The position numbers and the translations under genes were made by a program. From an uncultured delta proteobacterium (lineage in GTDB: Bacteria; Myxococcota_A; UBA9160; SMWR01), in the NCBI GenBank assembly GCA_963832165.1, contig CAWHTE010000001.1:672001-736000 (forward strand): 64,000 nt of DNA. Direction: 5' to 3'. Below are positions 29,948-39,117 of the stretch, piece after piece (the first letter of the stretch is position 1; each line of letters starts with the position of its first letter). Under the pieces are notes generated by a model. That model ran no database searches. It was given only the letters and a program-made list of their open reading frames with translations, and had not been told where the DNA came from.

Positions 29948-30531
29948 CGCGCGCTCTCCGAGAGTGCTTCGCGCAGCCGGACGCGCGCGCGGAACAGGAG
30001 CGTCGCCACCTGGTTGCGCGAGACGCACAGGATCTCCGCGATCGCGTCGTACTCGAGCTCCGCGAAGTAGCGCAGCACGAGCGGCGCGCGGTAGTGATCC
30101 GGCTGGGCCTCGATCGCCGCGAGCAGTTGCTGGCGCAGCTCGGCGGAGAGCCCGTGCTGGAGCGGGGAGGGCCCCGGATCGGGAAGCGCGTCGGCTTCGA
30201 ATGCGGTGCCCTCGAACAGGCGGCTCTCGCGACGGCGCCGCCGCAGCGCATCGATCGCGCAGTGCGCGGCGATCGCGAGCAGCCAGCGCCGGAACGGCCG
30301 CGCGGGGTCGTAGCCGTCGAGCGCGGCATGCGCGCGCGCGAAGCTCTCCTGGGCGGCGTCCTCCGACTCCGCAGCCGACCCGAGCATCCGCCGGCACAGC
30401 CGCTGGACGTCGGGGTCGTAGTGGCTCACGAGGCTGCCGAACGCCTCGCGGTCGCCCGTGCGCGCGCGCGCGAGCCACTGGGCAGCCAGCGCGTCGTCGC
30501 GGCTCCCCGAGCGTGCAGCTTGGCTCGCGAT
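29944..30531 (-). CDS. ECF sigma factor (probable non-canonical ATC start at 30531)
   Basis: DDALAAQWLARARTGDREAFGSLV lies in frame upstream of the first GTG (30429); EDAAQESF, FRRWLLAIA, YRAPLVLRYF...VATLLFRAR. Confidence 0.85.
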   Translation of the reverse strand: MASQAARSGSRDDALAAQWLARARTGDREAFGSLVSHYDPDVQRLCRRMLGSAAESEDAAQESFARAHAALDGYDPARPFRRWLLAIAAHCAIDALRRRRRESRLFEGTAFEADALPDPGPSPLQHGLSAELRQQLLAAIEAQPDHYRAPLVLRYFAELEYDAIAEILCVSRNQVATLLFRARVRLREALSESAR

Positions 30532-30565
30532 GGGACCGCCCCCCGTGAATCGCCGCCGCGCGGCC

Positions 30566-30592
30566 GATCGGCGCGCGCGACGGCGGGGTTCC
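30566..30592 (-). promoter_or_regulatory. Candidate ECF-type promoter
   Basis: GGAACC-N16-CGATC upstream of the ECF gene. Confidence 0.35.
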
Positions 30593-30709
30593 GCCGGCTT
30601 CGAATCCTAACACCCGGGCGGGCTCCATCTGGGCGCTCCACACGGTTCTACGCTCGGGTCGGGCGCCCGATTGCACGAAATCCGCTCTTGGCGCGAGAAT
30701 CCCGCCGCG

Positions 30710-31195
30710 ATGGCCCTGCGCCGCCTGCTCGCGATCGCCCCCCTCGCGCTCGCGTGCGCGAGCGCTCCTGCGCCTCGCTGCGAGCTCCCGCCGGGACCGG
30801 ACGGGCGGGTCGCGCGGGTGGAGGTCGTGCTCGCGCCGGCCGGGGTGCGCGCGCTGGGGCGGGAGCGCGCCGAGCGGGTCGCGGCGCTGGTGCGCCAGAG
30901 TGCGCGCGACTGGCTCGAGCAGGCGGATCGTCTCGCGCCCGACGGCGAGCTCGCGCTCGAAGTGACGATCGACTCGGCGCGGCTGCGCTCGGCGGGATCG
31001 ACCTGGCTGTTCGCGTGGATCGCGTCGCCCGACCATCTCGCGGCGCAGATCGCGGTACGGCGCGGCGCCGAGCGCGCTGGCCAGTGCCCCGTGCACGTCG
31101 AGAGCGCGCTCTCGGGCTACGCCTGGCGCGACCCGGATGCGCGGCTCGAGCGCCTCGCGCGCCGCCTCGGCCGGCGCGCCGCAGCGGGGCTGTAG
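30710..31195 (+). CDS. Hypothetical lipoprotein
   Basis: MALRRLLAIAPLALAC lipobox; TTGCAC-N18-GAGAAT just upstream. Confidence 0.6.
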   Translation: MALRRLLAIAPLALACASAPAPRCELPPGPDGRVARVEVVLAPAGVRALGRERAERVAALVRQSARDWLEQADRLAPDGELALEVTIDSARLRSAGSTWLFAWIASPDHLAAQIAVRRGAERAGQCPVHVESALSGYAWRDPDARLERLARRLGRRAAAGL

Positions 31196-31225
31196 CCCCG
31201 TCCGCGACCGGCCGATACCCACGGC

Positions 31226-32071
31226 ATGGCAGCGACAGCCGCGCCGCGCACGCAGGCAATCCTGAAGGTCAAGGTCGGGACGCGCACGCGCTTGATCGTG
31301 TTCGACACGCAGGACCTCACGTTCGGCCGCGCGACCGAGAACGACGTCTCGGTCGACGATCCCGAGATCTCGCGTCGCCACGCCGTGTTCAAGCGCTCGC
31401 GCGAGGGCTGCACGGTCGAGGACATGGGCACCTCGAACGGCACGACCGTGAACGGTCAGGCCGCGGGGCGCGCCGTGCTCAAGCACGGCGACGTCGTTGT
31501 GATGGGCGGGGTCGAGATCACCTATGCCGAGACCACGCGCGCCCCCACCACGCTCGGGGCCTCGGTGGAATACGCCTCCCAGATCAAGGCGTACGGGACG
31601 CCGATGGCGCAGATGAAGGGCGACGGCGAGGCCACGATCCTCGGCATGCTCGACGCGCCGACCAGCGAGGACGACGAGGCCTTCGAGGTGCGCCCGGCCG
31701 GCGAGTTCGACTTCGATCTGTACGAGAAGAACGCGAGCAAGAGCAAGAGTGCACCGCGCAATCTCGACGCCGAGGTCGCCAACCTCGATCTCGACGTGGA
31801 CTTCGAGATCGGCGACGCAGCGACCAAGGCGCCCGCGCCCGCGCGCAAGGCGCCTGCTCCCGCTCCTGCAGCCGCTCCCGCGCGCAGCGCGAAGAGCGAT
31901 GTCTGGGAGCTCGACGAGGCTCCCGCGAAGCCCGCATCGGGACCGATCGCGCTCACGCTCGAGATCGACGGCCTGTCGGGCGATCTGCGCCGCACCGTCG
32001 AGAGCCTGATCGGGAAGGTGCTCGAGCTGCCGAACCTGCGCGTGCGGATCAAGGGCCGCGATCTGGGCTAG
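31226..32071 (+). CDS. FHA domain protein
   Basis: FGR, ISRRHA, DMGTSNGTTVNG; acidic and Ala/Pro-rich linker. Confidence 0.9.
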   Translation: MAATAAPRTQAILKVKVGTRTRLIVFDTQDLTFGRATENDVSVDDPEISRRHAVFKRSREGCTVEDMGTSNGTTVNGQAAGRAVLKHGDVVVMGGVEITYAETTRAPTTLGASVEYASQIKAYGTPMAQMKGDGEATILGMLDAPTSEDDEAFEVRPAGEFDFDLYEKNASKSKSAPRNLDAEVANLDLDVDFEIGDAATKAPAPARKAPAPAPAAAPARSAKSDVWELDEAPAKPASGPIALTLEIDGLSGDLRRTVESLIGKVLELPNLRVRIKGRDLG

Positions 32072-32114
32072 CGGAGCGCAGCGCGAAGGCGGGATCGCCT
32101 TCGGTTCTCGCTAC
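32069..32114 (-). repeat. Degenerate GTAG REP copy between convergent genes
   Basis: Reverse strand GTAGCGAGAACCGAAGGCGATCCCGCCTTCGCG; its TAG is the stop of the VOC gene. Confidence 0.6.
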
Positions 32115-32506
32115 GAATTTCCGACGGTGAGTCCGACCTGCTGGCCGAACGACACCTCGAGCGTGTGGCCGTCGGGATCGCGCAGAAACGCCCAATATCC
32201 CACGGGCGGACCCGCGTCGGCAGGCCCTGCGATCAGGCAGCGCTCCACGCGCGCGCGCGCAGCCAGTCGATCGACCTCGTCGCGGCTCTCGCAGCCGACG
32301 CCGAGGTGCGCGATGGGGCGCAGCGGCTCGAGCACCACTGCCGACTCGATCAGCACGAGCACGAACGGGCGCGTCTTGTCCGAGAGCCAGAGCACGCCCT
32401 CGCGCCGGTGCACGATCTGCATCCGCGCATAGCGCTCGTAGAAATCCGCGCTCTCATCGAGATCGGTGACGGGTAATGCGATGTGGGTCAGACCGACGTC
32501 GCTCAT
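32111..32506 (-). CDS. VOC/glyoxalase family protein
   Basis: LTHIALPV, AHLGV, FLRDPDGHTLE. Confidence 0.88.
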   Translation of the reverse strand: MSDVGLTHIALPVTDLDESADFYERYARMQIVHRREGVLWLSDKTRPFVLVLIESAVVLEPLRPIAHLGVGCESRDEVDRLAARARVERCLIAGPADAGPPVGYWAFLRDPDGHTLEVSFGQQVGLTVGNS

Positions 32507-32597
32507 GGTCAGCCTCGAAAGGGGAACACCCCCCATCATCGGCAGCTCGCGCGCCCGACTTGCGCAGAATCTGCCGGTTCCTGAGACGAGCGGAGGG

Positions 32598-34865
32598 CTA
32601 TCCCCGAGCGTCGCGCTTTGCGAGCAGACCCGCCACGCGGTCGCGGACCGCCTCGGCCGTGATCGGCCGGCGCACGAAGGCGGTGAGGGCCTCGCGGCTC
32701 GTGGAGAGCGGCACGTCGTCCGGCGCGCACAGCGCGAGCAGTGGCAGCTCGGGCCGGTCCACGTGCAGCGCCTGGATCAGCGGCTGTCCGTCCGGCGCGG
32801 CGAATCCTGCGTCGATCACCGCGGCGTCGAGCGCTCCGGCGTGGGTGGCCCAGAGCTCGAGCAGCTGTGCCGGGCCAGCCGCCTCGATCACCTCGAACCC
32901 AGCCCCACGCAGGGTCTGCGCGATGGATCCGCGCTGCTCCGCATCCGGCTCTGCGACGAGCACGACCGCGGCGCGCGCGCGATGCACCGGGGGCTGCACG
33001 GGTGTCGCATCGACGGGCAGGAAGATCCGCATGCGCGTGCCGCGGCCCGGCTCGCTCTCGACGTCGATCGCGCCGCGGTGCCCCTGCACGAGGCCGAGCA
33101 CCGCGGAGAGCCCGAGGCCGTGTCCGTCCTGTTTCGTCGTGAAGAACGGCTCGAAGATGTGGGCGCGGGTTTCGGCATCCATCCCGGTGCCCGTGTCCAC
33201 GACCTCGAGTCGCGCATACCACCCGCCCGCGAGGTTCTCGCCGCCGAGCCAGCGTGCGAGGCGCTCGGCCTCGACGTGCTCGAGCGAGGTGCGCACCGTG
33301 ACGATCCCGGGACCGGCGCCGACCGCATCGGCGGCGTTCAAGACGAGGTTCATGAGCACCTGCTCGACCTGCACGACGTCGGCGTGGACCTGGAGCGGCT
33401 CGCGCGCGAGATCGAGCTGGAGCGCCACGCCGCCCGGCAGCGCCGTGGAGAGCAGATCCGCGAGCGCATGGGCCAGCTCCGAGAGCTCCACCGTGCGCAC
33501 CTCGGGCGACCGCCGACCCGCGTACGCGAGCAGCTGCTTCACGAGTCGCGCCGCGCTCTCGGTGGCTTCCTCGGCGTCGCTGAGCGCTTCGCCGCGATCG
33601 TCCGGCGTCGCGTCGCGCGATCTCGCATAACGGACGCTGGAGAGGATCACCGCGAGCAGGTTGTTGAAGTCGTGCGCGATCCCGCCCGCGAGCACACCGA
33701 GGCTCTCGAGCTTGCGGGCCTCCTGGAGCTGAAGCGAGAGGTGCTCCTGGTCGCGCCGCGACTCCTCGAGCTCCGTGACGTCGTGCACGATGCACTGGAA
33801 TGCGGGCGCGCCGCCGTAGCTGATCGCGGTTCCGACGCCCGCGAGGTGACGCTCGCGGCCGTCGGCGCCCTGCAGGCGCAGCGCGAACGTCCCGCCGCGC
33901 AGATTGCCGCGGCTCGAGCGAGCGACGGAATCGACCACGGCGCGCACGTCCGATTCGTTCAGCCACTCGAACAGGTCGGTGCCCCAGAGCGCGGCCGGGC
34001 TCGCGGAGCCGTGCAGCGCCGCGGCCGCCGCATTGGCGAACACGACCCGATTGTTCTGGACGACGAAGATGCCCATCGGCGCGTTCTCGACGAGCTCGCG
34101 GTAGCGGCGCTCGCTCTCGCGTACGCGTTGCTCGGCCTCGACGCGTGCGGTGACGTCGCGCGCGATGATCAGGAAGTTGCATCGGCCATCGCACTGCGCG
34201 AAGGCGCGCAGGCTTCCGTCGATCCAGCAATAGCTGCCGTCGGCGCGGCGGATCCGATACGTGGAGTGGCTCGACTCCTCGCGCTCTGACAGCACGCCCG
34301 AGAACATCAGGCGCACGCGCTCGAGATCGTCGGGATGCACGAACGAGGAGTCGAACCGCGGAGAGTCCTCGCCGAAGCCGAGCACCGCCTTCACCTGGTC
34401 GTTGGCATACAGGAGGTTCCAGTCGCTGTCGTACTCCAAGATCATGTCGTAGGCGTTCTCGGCGATCAGCTGGAAGCGCTCGCGGCTGTCGCGCAGGCGG
34501 TTCTCGAGCTCGCGCGCCTGGGACACGTCCCGGCTCACCACGAGCACGTGCCGATCGCCGTCTTCGGCGGGAAAGGGCGTGATCGTCGATTCGATCCAGC
34601 GCGTGCGGCCCTTGGTGTCGAGCACGCGGAACGACATGCGCTGCGCTTCCCCGGCGCCGAACGCGGCGGCGAAGTGCTGCACGACGGCGGCGCGATCGTC
34701 GGGGTGCACGTGGTCGATCGACGCGAGCACGTCGTCGCCGAGGCTCGCGTGGTTCGGGCTCACCCAGACGGTGCGGCCGCGCGAATCGAGCTCGGCGATC
34801 CGTTCGACGCTGCTGCTCGCGAGCGCGCGGAAGCGCCGCTCGTCGGGTGTGGGGTGCTCGGCCAT
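32598..34865 (-). CDS. Hybrid sensor histidine kinase (3 PAS + HisKA/HATPase + atypical receiver)
   Basis: VHPDD PAS motifs; AGGIAHDFNN, NLVLNAADA, DTGTGM, FEPFFTTK, GLGL. Confidence 0.92.
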   Translation of the reverse strand: MAEHPTPDERRFRALASSSVERIAELDSRGRTVWVSPNHASLGDDVLASIDHVHPDDRAAVVQHFAAAFGAGEAQRMSFRVLDTKGRTRWIESTITPFPAEDGDRHVLVVSRDVSQARELENRLRDSRERFQLIAENAYDMILEYDSDWNLLYANDQVKAVLGFGEDSPRFDSSFVHPDDLERVRLMFSGVLSEREESSHSTYRIRRADGSYCWIDGSLRAFAQCDGRCNFLIIARDVTARVEAEQRVRESERRYRELVENAPMGIFVVQNNRVVFANAAAAALHGSASPAALWGTDLFEWLNESDVRAVVDSVARSSRGNLRGGTFALRLQGADGRERHLAGVGTAISYGGAPAFQCIVHDVTELEESRRDQEHLSLQLQEARKLESLGVLAGGIAHDFNNLLAVILSSVRYARSRDATPDDRGEALSDAEEATESAARLVKQLLAYAGRRSPEVRTVELSELAHALADLLSTALPGGVALQLDLAREPLQVHADVVQVEQVLMNLVLNAADAVGAGPGIVTVRTSLEHVEAERLARWLGGENLAGGWYARLEVVDTGTGMDAETRAHIFEPFFTTKQDGHGLGLSAVLGLVQGHRGAIDVESEPGRGTRMRIFLPVDATPVQPPVHRARAAVVLVAEPDAEQRGSIAQTLRGAGFEVIEAAGPAQLLELWATHAGALDAAVIDAGFAAPDGQPLIQALHVDRPELPLLALCAPDDVPLSTSREALTAFVRRPITAEAVRDRVAGLLAKRDARG

Positions 34866-34961
34866 CGCTGTGCGGGTCCTCGAGATGGTTTCGACGCATT
34901 CGGCCGGCAACTTGACCGCGGAGGTCGCGAACGGCCGGCCTTTTCCGCTCATTCGCGTGCT

Positions 34962-34989
34962 TTGACTATCGCTGCGCCCCGCGGATACT
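34962..34989 (+). promoter_or_regulatory. Candidate sigma70 promoter for the bufferin cluster
   Basis: TTGACT-N16-GATACT, 65 nt before the precursor start. Confidence 0.4.
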
Positions 34990-35054
34990 CCGGAGCGGTC
35001 CGCGAAACGCCGGATCCCGCGTCGGGACCGGCAACCCCGAATGGAGGTCGTTCC

Positions 35055-35318
35055 GTGAGAAATCGAAGTGCACTCGTGGCGTCGGCGGCCGCGGCGTTGT
35101 TCCTGGCCGGCGTTGCCGGCGCAGCCCACGCGGAAGAGGGCGCGGCTCCGGCGAAGGTCAAGTGCGAAGGCGTGAACTCGTGCAAGGGCCACAGCGACTG
35201 CAAGACGGCAGGGAGCTCCTGCAAGGGTCAGAACAGCTGTGCGGGCAAGGGCTACCAGATGATGTCCGCAGCCGAGTGCGAGGCCGCCAAGGCCGCCAAG
35301 GCGGCTCAGAAGAAGTAG
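35055..35318 (+). CDS. bufA: Bufferin-type (BufA2-like) RiPP metallophore precursor
   Basis: GGAGG SD + GTG; signal peptide ending AHA; six Cys: CEGVNSCKGHSDCKTAGSSCKGQNSCAGKG...EC. Confidence 0.85.
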   Translation: MRNRSALVASAAAALFLAGVAGAAHAEEGAAPAKVKCEGVNSCKGHSDCKTAGSSCKGQNSCAGKGYQMMSAAECEAAKAAKAAQKK

Positions 35319-35324
35319 GTCTGT

Positions 35325-35366
35325 CGAGGGAAGAGGGGGTGGGTCGCTCCACCGCCTCTTCCCTCG
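35325..35366 (+). terminator. Strong stem-loop between precursor and MNIO genes (no U-tract)
   Basis: CGAGGGAAGAGG...CCTCTTCCCTCG 12-bp arms plus inner GGTGG/CCACC. Confidence 0.65.
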
Positions 35367-35409
35367 TGTCGCGAGGCCCGATCCGCGTGATCTCGACCGA
35401 AGCGCCGAC

Positions 35410-36321
35410 GTGAGCGCGAGCCGCGTTCCCTTCCTGGGTGTGGGCGTCGGTCTGCGCCCGAAGCACTACCCGGCGATCCTCGCAGCGCCGGATCCGGTCC
35501 GGCTCGGCGTCGACTTCTTCGAAGCGCTCTCCGAGAACTACATGGTGCCCGGGGGCCGTCCGCCGCGCGTGCTCGCGGAAGTGCGCGCGCACTTCCCCGT
35601 CGTGCTGCACGGCGTCTCGCTGAACGTGGGCTCGGCCGATCCGCTCGACGCGAACTATCTCGACGAGCTCGCAGAGCTCGCGCGCCGCTACGAGCCCGCA
35701 TGGCTCTCCGACCATCTGTGCTGGACCGGCGTGCGCGGGCACAACCTCCACGATCTCCTGCCGCTCCCGTACACGGAAGCCGCGCTGGCCTACGTGGCAG
35801 AGCGCGCGATGCGCGTCCAGGACCGGCTCGGGCGCCAGATCGCGCTCGAGAACGTGTCGTCGTATCTCGCCTATCAGGCCGATGCGATGCCGGAATGGGA
35901 GTTCGTCGCACGCGTCGCCGAGCGCGCCGACTGCGGGATCCTGCTCGACGTGAACAACGTGTTCGTGAGCGCCCACAATCACGGCTTCGACGCCGAGCGC
36001 TATCTCGCCGCAATCCCGCCCGAGCGAGTGTTCCAGATCCACCTGGCCGGGCACTCCGAGCAGGGCGCGATGAAGATCGACACCCACGATCACGCGGTGT
36101 GCGACGAGGTCTGGGCGCTGTTCGAGATGGCGGTGCGCCGGCTGGGACCCGTGTCGACGCTGATCGAGTGGGACGACCGGATCCCCGAGTTCGAGGTCCT
36201 GGTCGCCGAGGCGGCGCGCGCGAGAGCGATCCTCTCGACCGCGACGCGAGAGGGGAGAGGGGATGACGCGGGCGCTCGACTCGCTTCAACACCAGCTCTG
36301 GCAGCTGATCACCGCGCCTAG
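35410..36321 (+). CDS. bufB: DUF692 multinuclear non-heme iron oxidase (MNIO, BufB-like)
   Basis: GVGLRPKH, ENYM, HGVSLNVG, SDHLCW, LENVSSY, LLDVNN, HLAGH, IDTH, IEWD. Confidence 0.93.
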   Translation: MSASRVPFLGVGVGLRPKHYPAILAAPDPVRLGVDFFEALSENYMVPGGRPPRVLAEVRAHFPVVLHGVSLNVGSADPLDANYLDELAELARRYEPAWLSDHLCWTGVRGHNLHDLLPLPYTEAALAYVAERAMRVQDRLGRQIALENVSSYLAYQADAMPEWEFVARVAERADCGILLDVNNVFVSAHNHGFDAERYLAAIPPERVFQIHLAGHSEQGAMKIDTHDHAVCDEVWALFEMAVRRLGPVSTLIEWDDRIPEFEVLVAEAARARAILSTATREGRGDDAGARLASTPALAADHRA

Positions 36322-37108
36322 CGGGGCCGTGGCCGCGCTCGCAGAGCACGGCGATGCGGGCGGCCACGAGCTCGCCGCGCTCGTGCGCGGCGACCGCGGT
36401 CTCGCGCCGGCGGCGCGGCTCGAGATCTACGCGAACGCCTACTTCGCGCGCATCCACGATGCTCTGCGCGACGACTTCTCGGCGCTCGCGCGCGCGCTGG
36501 GTGCGGACGCATTCCACGATCTCGTGAAGACGTACCTCATGATGCACGCGCCGGAGCACGCGTCGCTGCGCCTCGCCGGGGCGCACCTTTCCGAGCATCT
36601 CAGGGCGCCGCCGTTCGCGGAGATCTTCGCGCGTCGCTGCCCCTACGCCGCCGATCTCGCGCGGCTCGAGTGGGCGATCAGCGAGGCGTTCTTCGCCGCG
36701 GACGCGCCCATCGTCGCGCGTGCCGAGCTCGCGGCGCTCGCGCCCGAGGCATGGGCCGATGTCCGCTTCGAGACGGCTCCGTCGCTGCGGCTCCTCGAGT
36801 GCGCGTGGCCGGTGCAGATCGCGCGCGAGCGCTGCGATGCGGAAGGCGGCGAAGCCACCTGGGACGAGGCCCCGGCGTTGCCCGCCGAGCCGACCTGTCT
36901 GCGCGTGTGGCGGCGCGACGAGCGGGTCCACTACCGGTCGATCCCGCGGCTCGAGCTCGAGGCGCTAGGCGGCGCGCGCGCGGGCGAGACATTCGCCGCG
37001 CTCTGCGATCGCGTGGCGTCGGCCGTGGGAGAAGTCGAGGCGGCATCCCGGGCTGCGGCGCTGCTCTCGTCGTGGAGCTCCGATGGACTGCTCGCGCGCC
37101 TGCGCTGA
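36263..37108 (+). CDS. bufC: DUF2063 (HvfC/BufC-like) MNIO partner protein
   Basis: RLEIYANAYFARI..AL..DF, DLARLEWA; position after DUF692. Confidence 0.85.
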   Translation: MTRALDSLQHQLWQLITAPSGAVAALAEHGDAGGHELAALVRGDRGLAPAARLEIYANAYFARIHDALRDDFSALARALGADAFHDLVKTYLMMHAPEHASLRLAGAHLSEHLRAPPFAEIFARRCPYAADLARLEWAISEAFFAADAPIVARAELAALAPEAWADVRFETAPSLRLLECAWPVQIARERCDAEGGEATWDEAPALPAEPTCLRVWRRDERVHYRSIPRLELEALGGARAGETFAALCDRVASAVGEVEAASRAAALLSSWSSDGLLARLR

Positions 37109-37124
37109 GCTCACTCGTTCGCGA

Positions 37125-38975
37125 TCACAGCTGCGCGATGGCCTCGAACGAGAGCCGGCCAAATGTCTGGGTCGACGATCGCAGCAGGTTCTCGAGCACT
37201 CGGATCTTGACCTCGGGCGCGGAGTGCTCGAGCGAATCGAACGCGGAGCGCTCGAGCACCCAGCACACCGCGGGAGCATCCGCGCGCACGGAGGCGCTGC
37301 GCAGAGATCCCTCCACCATCGACGGCTCACCGAAACCCATGCCGGCCGAGAGCGTCGAGAGGCGCCGCTGACGGCCGTCCGGCATGTCGGCGAGGACGCT
37401 GAGCTCGCCGAGCACCAGCAGGAACAGCTCGTTGGCGACTTCTCCGCGCCGGACCACCATGTCGCGCGCGCGGTACGAGCGCCGCTCCATGAGCCCGCGC
37501 AGCAGCTCGATCTGCTCGAGGCTGAGGTTCTGCAGCATTTCGTGCTTGCCGAGCGGGATCTCGTCGCGCTTCTCGAGCGCGACGCCCGCGGTGCGCAGCG
37601 TGCCGTTCTCGCACCATTCGAGCGCGAGGTCGTACTCGTCGAAAACCGATATCTGCAGCTCCGGCTCGTGCGCGCGCGCTTCCTGGAGCAGACGCAAGAG
37701 GCGTGGGTGGCGCGCGAGCCCGACGAGCGCCATGCCGCGATTGCGCGCGGAGAGCGAGGTGAGCAGCTCCAGGAGCATTCGCGCAGCCGGCACATCGACG
37801 GCGGCCACGCGCGAGAAATCCAGCACCAGATGGCTGACGGCCGCGGCGCTCTCCGACGATCCTGCGGATCACGAACTCCATGCCCGCAAAGGTCAGATCG
37901 CCCTGCAGCTGATAGGTGACGATCTGGTCGCCGCGCTGCGGCGAGCATCTCGCGCTCTCCGTCGAGCCGCTTGCGCTTGGACGAGAAGGTCCGCGCCGTG
38001 AAGCGCGAGCGCACCGCCGAGATCGCGAGGTGGGGTGCGCGCAGGAAGTGCAGCTCGAGGTCCTCGGACATCGCTTCGCACACGGCCACTCCGCGCACGC
38101 TGTTCCCGCGCACGTCGAGCGGCGGCGAGAACACGCCGATCGCGAGCTGGCCCGGCATCACGGCGAGAATGCCTCCCGCGACGCCGCTCTTGGCCGGCAG
38201 GCCGACCCGGTAGACCCACTCGCCGGCATAGTCGTACATGCCGCACGTCGTCATGACGGAGAGGACCTCGTCCACGTTCTCGGTGCGGATCACGCGATCG
38301 CGGGTCACGGGGTTCACACCGCCCCTCGCCAGCGTCGCGCCGATGATCGCGAGATCGCGGCAGTTCACCTCGATCGAGCACTGTCGGAAGTAGAGATCGA
38401 GGTCGGGCTCGGGATCGCGCTCGATGATCGAGAAGTTCCGCAGCATGTGGCTGATCGCGCGATTGCGATGGCCCGTCTCGCGCTCGGACCGGTAGACCGC
38501 CTCGGACAGGCTGAGCTGCCGCCCCGCGTACAGCGAGAACAGCGCGAGGATGCGCGCCCAGCGGTCCTCGACCGAATCGCCCACCACGAGCGACGATGCC
38601 GCGATCGCCCCCGCGTTGATCATGGGATTCCGCGGGCGCCCAGAGCTGGACTCGAGGCTGATCTCGTTGAACGCGTCGCCGGTGGGCTCGACGCCGATGC
38701 GCCGGAGCACGGCGGGTTTGCCCTGGTCCTCGAGGGCGAGCCCGTAGACGAAGGGCTTGGAGATCGACTGGATCGTGAACGCCTGGCGCGTATCGCCGAC
38801 CTCGTAGACGTAGCCGTCCACGGTCGCCAGGCTGATCCCGAACCAGCGCGGGTCGGCACCGGCGAGCTCGGGGATGTAGGTGGCGACCGTCCCCGTCTTC
38901 GAGCGTCCGGAAGCGCTCGTACAGGGAGCGCAGGTAACGCGCGATCGGGGAGTGGTCCGGCGCCGTGATGGCCAT
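37125..38975 (-). CDS. glsA: Glutaminase A fused to STAS and cNMP-binding domains (three apparent +1 frameshifts)
   Basis: VATYIPEL, QSISKPF, NPMINAGA, GMYD, PAKSGVAGG; STAS YQLQGDLTF...VLDFSRV; cNMP FGEPSMVEGSLRSASV; frame breaks near 38892, 37940 and 37853. Confidence 0.88.
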
Positions 38976-39117
38976 GGTCCTACCTCACATGGACGGGTTC
39001 GAGCTCAACGGAGCAAACGGCGTGCCCGTCTTTCGAACGCGCAAGGCGATCTGCAGACCGTTCTTGCACCATCGCGCGGCAGTCGGCGCCCACGAAGCGT
39101 GCGGCTAGCATGCGACC

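Noticed and set aside
31825..31885. Short GCGCC(C/T)GC repeats in the FHA gene
   Set aside because: Encodes an ordinary Ala/Pro linker.
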